DNA from: Chloroflexota bacterium
GTDB taxonomy: Bacteria > Chloroflexota > Anaerolineae > DTLA01
Reading direction: 5' to 3'
Length of the DNA: 64,000 bases
Assembly: GCA_014360805.1 (NCBI GenBank)
Contig: JACIWU010000003.1
Location: 5,020 to 69,019 of the forward strand
The notes beneath the pieces were generated by a model. The model did not search any database, was not told the origin of the DNA, and saw only the letters and a list, made by a program, of their open reading frames with translations. Each line of letters opens with the position of its first letter. Within the stretch, counting starts at the first letter, position 1. Below are positions 58,766 to 64,000 of this stretch, one piece after another. The translations under genes were made by a program, and so were the position numbers.

Positions 58766-58936
58766 AACATCCAGAAGGGTTCTTGAGGCTCACACAGGCA
58801 GCGCCCGCGCGCTTCAGCGCACAACATCCCCGCCAGCGTGGGCAATGGAGAGGTGAGGGCAGGCGCGATGCAGACCTTACCGCAGAAGTGGAGAGGGAGG
58901 GACTCGGCAGGCCCACCGCCGAGCAGCGGCGCGGAT

Positions 58937-59290
58937 ATGACCCTGGCCGACCGAAGCCGCGCGTCCCCCGACGCATGGCTGGAGGTGCGCAAGGATGGGC
59001 GCACGACTCGGCATCCCATCCACGGGGACGAGTTCCTCATCGGCCGCGCAGACCACTGCCACCTCATCTTGCAGTCCGAGCGGCGCTATGTCTCCCGCGA
59101 GCACGCGCTCATCCTCAAGGCCAACGGCGTCTATTGGATTAGCGACCTGAGCATCAACGGCACGCGACTCAACGGGAAACGGCTGCTTCGCATGCGGCGC
59201 GAACGGCTGAAGCCCGGCGACATCATCCAGATTGAGGACTGGGAACTCGTCTTCCGCGTGAGCCTGAGCCACTGCGCGGAAGCCCCCTAG
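58937..59290 (+). CDS. Stand-alone FHA domain protein (start uncertain)
   Basis: IGR, VSREHA, DLSINGTRLNG, LKPGDII. Confidence 0.85.
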   Translation: MTLADRSRASPDAWLEVRKDGRTTRHPIHGDEFLIGRADHCHLILQSERRYVSREHALILKANGVYWISDLSINGTRLNGKRLLRMRRERLKPGDIIQIEDWELVFRVSLSHCAEAP

Positions 59291-59456
59291 CCGCCCGCGT
59301 CCAGCCGCACACAAAAGCAGGTCCCCAGGCGAGCAGTGCCTGGGGACTTCGCACGCTTTGTCCGGCGTGCAGGCCCGCCCGCGGACGCGCGTCAACCTCA
59401 CGCGCCGCCCGGAACGACGGCCTGTAGCGGAGGATTCGGTTCAGGCGCGCCGGTGT

Positions 59457-59564
59457 CTAGTGCGCGTCCGTCCGCCGACGCTGCAGCATCTGGCCGATGG
59501 CGCCGCCGACGATGGACAGGACTCCGAAGGCTACCAGGGCTACCGGTCCGATGAAGTCGTACAT
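59457..59564 (-). CDS. 35-aa single-TM peptide closing the cytochrome operon
   Basis: Not in ORF track. MYDFIGPVALVAFGVLSIVGGAIGQMLQRRRTDAH*, AAAGGAG RBS, 24 nt after the cytochrome stop. Confidence 0.7.
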   Translation of the reverse strand: MYDFIGPVALVAFGVLSIVGGAIGQMLQRRRTDAH

Positions 59565-59588
59565 GTCTTATCTCCTTTCACGCGTGAG

Positions 59589-61136
59589 TTAGGGTTTCTT
59601 TCCTGTTGGGTGGCACAGAACACACTTGTTCTGGATATCGGAGATGCCGCGCGCGCTGTGTACCTGCGTCATGCCGTCCGTGGCGTGGCACGTGTCGCAG
59701 TGGTATGTGGTGAAGTCGTTCTTGGGATGGCACAGCACGCACGTCTTGGCCGCCCCGTCGTGGTCCTGCGGGAACAGGTGCGCGGCCTTCGTCGGGGCTT
59801 CCTCGGCCTTGTGGCACAGCAGGCAGAGCATATTCCCCCAGCCTTCGTGCGTCTCGGGGTACGGCTTGATGCCGCCCGGCGCATGGCACATCAGGCAGTC
59901 CTCGCGCCCCTGCGTTGAGTGCAAGATGGGCAACGGTGTTACGCCAGCCGGCTCGTGGCACGTGGTGCACGTGGACTCGGCCCGTCCGGCGTGAGTCGCC
60001 ACGGGGAACTGCGCGATCTTGCCCTCGCCATGGCAGGCCAGGCAGGCCTCGCGCCCCTCCACGGGGTGCAGGATAGCGGGCGACGGCGCCAGGGAATGGC
60101 ACGCCAGACACGTATCGTTTGTGCGGTCCTTGTGATCGGCGGGCAGAGCCATCGCGCCCTGGAGGCCATGGCAGGAGCGGCAGTCCTCGCGCCCCTGCGT
60201 GGGGTGCGGAATGGCGGAAGCGGCGGCCACCAGCGCCTGGGCCGACTGCGCCCAACCCTGCGGCGTGTGACACAGCGCGCAGTTGTCGTTTCCGAACTCG
60301 TGCGGACGCTTGTGGCAGTCGCTGCACACGCCCGACAGGCCCTTGAAGTTGGGCCAGCGGTGGCACGTGAAGCAGTCCGTTGTGGCATGCTTGCCCACCA
60401 GTTGGATGGGGTGCACCTTGAGCGTCGTCTGCTTCCACGTCTCGGTAGACGTGTGGCAGTCGCTGCAACTCAGGGCCTGCGCCACGTCGTGCGGCCCCAC
60501 ATGGCACGTGTCGCAGTCGGTCAGCCGTGCGCCCAGGTTGCGCTCCTTGTGGCAGTTCAAGCAGACACTCATGGAGCAGGTCGTCTGCCCCGTAACCGGA
60601 TCAAAGCCGTGGCCCACCGCCCCGTGGCAGTCGCTGCAATACACCCCGCAGGAAGACCCCTCCCATGCGGCATTGACCACAGCGCCATGAGGCGTGCGGA
60701 GGTTGTCGCCCGGGATTTCGGCGGGCAAATTGCGATGGCACGTCAGGCAGTCGGTCGGGTGCGACTTGGATAGGTCGGCGATGAGATTTTGATGCGCGGC
60801 GTCCTTGGCCGACCGGTTGGGCGTCCCGCCGTGGCACGTGATGCAACCCAGGCGACCGTGGGGCGTATTCAGCGTGGTCGGGTCAATGTAGGCCGACTTG
60901 GCCGTATCCGGCGACTCGGCCGAAGCCGCCAGCGCCTGGGGATCCGTGTGGCACTTGGTGCACTCGGTAGATACCGGAGCCGCATAGTTCACGAAATACA
61001 GCGTGGGCACGGGCGTTGCCTTCGGAGACAGCGCCTGACCCACCGGCTCCGCCAGGAGTCCGGCGATAACGGCCACTACCACGACCGCCAATGAGAGAGG
61101 AATCAGGTACCACTTGGGCCAATGGGATGGGAACAT
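59589..61136 (-). CDS. Membrane-anchored multiheme cytochrome c (19 CxxCH)
   Basis: N-terminal hydrophobic helix; 19 CxxCH motifs counted; internal repeats IPHxxxGREDC. Confidence 0.93.
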   Translation of the reverse strand: MFPSHWPKWYLIPLSLAVVVVAVIAGLLAEPVGQALSPKATPVPTLYFVNYAAPVSTECTKCHTDPQALAASAESPDTAKSAYIDPTTLNTPHGRLGCITCHGGTPNRSAKDAAHQNLIADLSKSHPTDCLTCHRNLPAEIPGDNLRTPHGAVVNAAWEGSSCGVYCSDCHGAVGHGFDPVTGQTTCSMSVCLNCHKERNLGARLTDCDTCHVGPHDVAQALSCSDCHTSTETWKQTTLKVHPIQLVGKHATTDCFTCHRWPNFKGLSGVCSDCHKRPHEFGNDNCALCHTPQGWAQSAQALVAAASAIPHPTQGREDCRSCHGLQGAMALPADHKDRTNDTCLACHSLAPSPAILHPVEGREACLACHGEGKIAQFPVATHAGRAESTCTTCHEPAGVTPLPILHSTQGREDCLMCHAPGGIKPYPETHEGWGNMLCLLCHKAEEAPTKAAHLFPQDHDGAAKTCVLCHPKNDFTTYHCDTCHATDGMTQVHSARGISDIQNKCVLCHPTGKKP

Positions 61137-61156
61137 AGTCCTTACCTCAATTCGCG

Positions 61157-62113
61157 CTATAGGGCCGCCGGTATGCCGGCATAGACAATCATGTAACGCA
61201 GGAGCAGGCCGGCGATGACAATCCCAACGCCGGAGCCAACGCCCGACGTCAGGGAGTGCTGCCCGCGACCGATGGCGTAGGCGTGGACCACAAACGGGAA
61301 CACCAAACCTACCAGCACCACGCCTATCCAGAAGACAACCGCCAGCGGCCCGTACAGCACCAGTTTGGCCGACTCCGCCGCCGCTCCCCCTGCGCTCAAT
61401 GCCGAGATGAACAGCAACCCAATGGCGATATTCTCCAACCCGATCAGGAAGATGTGGCTCAGGTCCATGATGCGGAACCGTCGCTGAATCTCGGGGTCCG
61501 CGATGGTCGCCGAGATGTCAAAGGTGAGGCCCATGCCCGTGGAGACCGCAGAGATCAGGAAGAGGATGGGCAACATGGGAATCCGCACGAACGGAAGCAC
61601 CGGCTGGCTCCACAGGGGGATGGCCGGGCCCACGTCGCTGATGAGCACGCCGGTGTACACGGCCGTGGCCACCGCGAAGACGCCCCCCACCGCCGCCACC
61701 CATCGGCGATACGTGCGGGCGTTGCGCAAGAGCCAGGGCGCTCGCGCCGACACGAATCCTTTGAGGAACGCCTCGGATTCCATCAACTCCAGGAAGCCAT
61801 ACACCAGGGCCAGCGGGATGAAGATGGTCAGAATCCAGATGCCCCACGTCATCACCGAACTGAAGTGGGTGAACATGTAGAAGATACGCCAGGGCTGCAT
61901 GCGCCCCGCGCCCAGGTCAAAGATGAGCAACGCGCTGCCCAGGGCCACCAGCGGGCCGCTCACCGTGGCCCCCACCAGCGCCACGGGGCAGAAGTTGCTC
62001 CTGTAGCGCCAGCCGCTCAGTTCAAAGAACGCCGCCATCAGAAAGGAGCCCGCGCCAAGCCCGCCGAGGAAGAGGTATATGGCGATCAACCAACCCCAGG
62101 CTGTCTGTCCCAT
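61157..62113 (-). CDS. nrfD: NrfD/PsrC-family quinol-interacting membrane subunit
   Basis: WGWLIAIYLFLGGLGAG, DLG, SVMTWG, YTGVL, FWIGVV, LLRY. Confidence 0.88.
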   Translation of the reverse strand: MGQTAWGWLIAIYLFLGGLGAGSFLMAAFFELSGWRYRSNFCPVALVGATVSGPLVALGSALLIFDLGAGRMQPWRIFYMFTHFSSVMTWGIWILTIFIPLALVYGFLELMESEAFLKGFVSARAPWLLRNARTYRRWVAAVGGVFAVATAVYTGVLISDVGPAIPLWSQPVLPFVRIPMLPILFLISAVSTGMGLTFDISATIADPEIQRRFRIMDLSHIFLIGLENIAIGLLFISALSAGGAAAESAKLVLYGPLAVVFWIGVVLVGLVFPFVVHAYAIGRGQHSLTSGVGSGVGIVIAGLLLRYMIVYAGIPAAL

Positions 62114-62114
62114 C

Positions 62115-62789
62115 TCACTCCCCCTCAATGATGTAATGCAGGACCGCCGGATGGGTACCGAACTCCGGGTGCAGCGGCTTAGCCTTGCCCGACGCCACCA
62201 GTTGGGCCACCTCGCTGTTCGGGTCGTCCAGCCTGCCGAAGATGCGCGCGCCGAGAACACACGACTGCACGCAGGCCGGATCCTTGCCCTCGCTCACCCA
62301 GTCCAGGCACAGCCAGCACTTGTCCACCACGCCCCGCTCCTCGTCAAAGGTGCGCGCCTGATAGGGACATGCCACCTCGCAGTATTTGCACCCCACGCAC
62401 AGTTTCTCGTTGATGAGCACCACGCCGCTCTCGTGGCGATACGTGGCCCGCGTGGGGCACACACGCGCGCAGGGGGCATCGGCACAGTGTTGGCACTGGA
62501 CCGGGAGGAACCACTGGCGGCCTCTGTCATCCTTCGGCACGATGTGAACGTAACTCTTGCCCTCGGGGAGGTTGTTGCGGATGTTGCAGGCATGGACGCA
62601 CGCGCCGCAGCCCACGCACTTGGTGGTGTCAATGATGAGGGCATAGCGGGCTTTCGGCGCGTCGGTGCGGGCCAGGGCCGTCTGCGCGGCGGGGGCCAGA
62701 CCGACCCCCACTCCGCCCGCAGCCGCCACCGCGCCTGTCCCCAGGAGGTATCTCAGAAACGTCCTTCGGGAGAGTTTTGTATCTGACAT
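62115..62789 (-). CDS. nrfC: Tat-exported NrfC/PsrB-type 4x[4Fe-4S] protein
   Basis: SRRTFL Tat motif; CVGCGAC..C, CQHC...C..VCP, CVGCKYC..ACP, CWLC...PAC..C. Confidence 0.88.
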   Translation of the reverse strand: MSDTKLSRRTFLRYLLGTGAVAAAGGVGVGLAPAAQTALARTDAPKARYALIIDTTKCVGCGACVHACNIRNNLPEGKSYVHIVPKDDRGRQWFLPVQCQHCADAPCARVCPTRATYRHESGVVLINEKLCVGCKYCEVACPYQARTFDEERGVVDKCWLCLDWVSEGKDPACVQSCVLGARIFGRLDDPNSEVAQLVASGKAKPLHPEFGTHPAVLHYIIEGE

Positions 62790-62821
62790 CGGAATTCTCC
62801 TCAGCGTAGCACACCAGGTCT

Positions 62822-62878
62822 ATAGTTATAGTCCACTATAACTATGCACATTATAACACGGTTTTTGGCCGTTGTCAA
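62822..62878 (-). promoter_or_regulatory. Consensus sigma70 promoter with a perfect palindromic operator over the start site
   Basis: Minus strand TTGACA-17-TATAAT (62878-62850); ATAGTTATAG-tcca-CTATAACTAT at 62822-62845. Confidence 0.8.
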
Positions 62879-63106
62879 GATTTCAGGACGAATTTCACAA
62901 AGTCTCTTTATCCATTCCGGGCCGCTTGTCCTCACTCATCCTAACGCCAGCCCCCTTCCGAGCACGGTCGGCTCTACGGTATCCGTACGTGGCCCGAATG
63001 TCCACCTCAACCATCCCCTCCTCAGCCCTCCCCTTCTCTCCGCCGGCGTAGAGGGAAGGGGAGGGTGCGGGAGGGGTTGGGTGAGGTCAAAAGCCCCGCG
63101 ACGGTG

Positions 63107-63141
63107 AAGACCCCAAGGGTCTCCGGGACCCTTGGGGTCTT
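63107..63141. repeat. Palindrome downstream of the SPFH gene
   Basis: aagaccccaagggtc-tccgg-gacccttggggtctt. Confidence 0.65.
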
Positions 63142-63225
63142 TGCGTTGCCCCCACAGGGCGAGCAGGCCCGCGCGTCGCGCCACCCGCGAGCGGGACGCG
63201 CCCCGCCATGCCCGCCGCAGAACCG

Positions 63226-64000
63226 TCAGGAATTCGTCTCGTCCTTGGCGGCCTTCTCGCCCAGCGCGCTCAGGCCCGCAATCGTCCCTACATCGCGCAT
63301 CTCATCATAGGGCACTACCACCAGCGAGCCGCGCTCTTTCACGCCCTCCATGATCATGTTGAGCGTGCGCAGGCGAAAGGCCATCGGGTGATCCTCGTAC
63401 TGGCGGGCGGCTTCCAGAAAACTCTGGGCGATCTGCTGTTCGGCCTGGCCCAGGATGATCCGCGCCTGGCGCTCGCGTTCGGCCTGCGCCTGCCGCGACA
63501 TGGCGTCCTCCAGCGCCTCGGGGATCACGACATCCCGAATCTCCACCGACTCCACGGTAATGCCCCAGGGCGTCGTGCGGTGGTCTATGATCTGCTGCAA
63601 CTCGGCGTCTATCTTCTCGCGCCCGACCAGGATGTCGGCCAAATCCATCTTGCCGATGATGTCGCGCAGGGCCGTCTGCGCGGCCCAGGCGATGGCCATG
63701 CGATAGTTCTTCACCTCCAACGCCGCCTTCGTGGCATCCCACACTACCCAGAAGAGCACCGCGTCCACGTTTACGGGCACGGTGTCGCGGGTGAGCGTCT
63801 TCTCGGCGCCGAAGGGCGTTACCATCATCCGATGATCCACCCAGGCGGCGATGCGGTCCACCAGCGGGATGACCCAGAAGGAGCCAGGCCCGGCCACGCG
63901 GTGGAACTTGCCGAGCCGCAGGATCACCGCCCGCTCCCAGTGCTGCGCCACCTTGAACCCGAAGAGCAGGCCCACCGCCGCAAGGTACAGGGGAATCCCC
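63226..64000 (-). CDS. SPFH/stomatin (band 7) protein, 5' end outside window
   Basis: WERAVILRLG, LTRDTVPVNVDAV, AQTALRDIIG, WGITVESVEIRDV, MSRQAQAERERQA. Confidence 0.92.
   Translation of the reverse strand, partial: GIPLYLAAVGLLFGFKVAQHWERAVILRLGKFHRVAGPGSFWVIPLVDRIAAWVDHRMMVTPFGAEKTLTRDTVPVNVDAVLFWVVWDATKAALEVKNYRMAIAWAAQTALRDIIGKMDLADILVGREKIDAELQQIIDHRTTPWGITVESVEIRDVVIPEALEDAMSRQAQAERERQARIILGQAEQQIAQSFLEAARQYEDHPMAFRLRTLNMIMEGVKERGSLVVVPYDEMRDVGTIAGLSALGEKAAKDETNS

Noticed and set aside
62883..62900. Rex box upstream of the nrfC promoter
   Set aside because: Only one half-site (TTGTGAA on the minus strand) matches; the other half is poor.

Overview
High-GC (roughly two-thirds G+C) bacterial chromosomal window. 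Gene content, protein families and repeat types point to Chloroflexota, probably Anaerolineae; this is an inference. No rRNA, tRNA, CRISPR array or transposase was recognised. From left to right the window holds: (1) an acyl-CoA dehydrogenase-EtfB-(ferredoxin)EtfA operon; (2) a minus-strand block of small TM peptide, CuA-less subunit II, heme-copper oxidase subunit I with Asp replacing the helix-VI His (gNOR-like), hemerythrin, DUF2249 and Ni-CO dehydrogenase, whose two promoters each carry a Crp/Fnr-type box centred at -41.5; (3) a stress/RNA-repair run of HtrA, HspR, an eRF1-like factor, ClpC, RtcA and RNase Z; (4) housekeeping and secreted genes (Pcm, GH36, divergent CoaX, GNAT, alpha-2-macroglobulin, two DUF881, ComEC); (5) a 17-kb signalling cluster with DUF4388, an MglA/CvnD-like GTPase, V4R, an LbH protein, an acyl-ACP-reductase-like protein, REC-GGDEF, a 2,900-aa 12-GAF hybrid kinase, two hydrolases and an epimerase; (6) T-box-proS, CoaE-GNAT, ABC-F and FHA; (7) an NrfC/NrfD/19-heme cytochrome/small peptide operon with no catalytic subunit. 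The best candidate for an undescribed system is the co-regulated gNOR-like oxidase plus CODH block. Domain calls come from motif recognition, not database searches.
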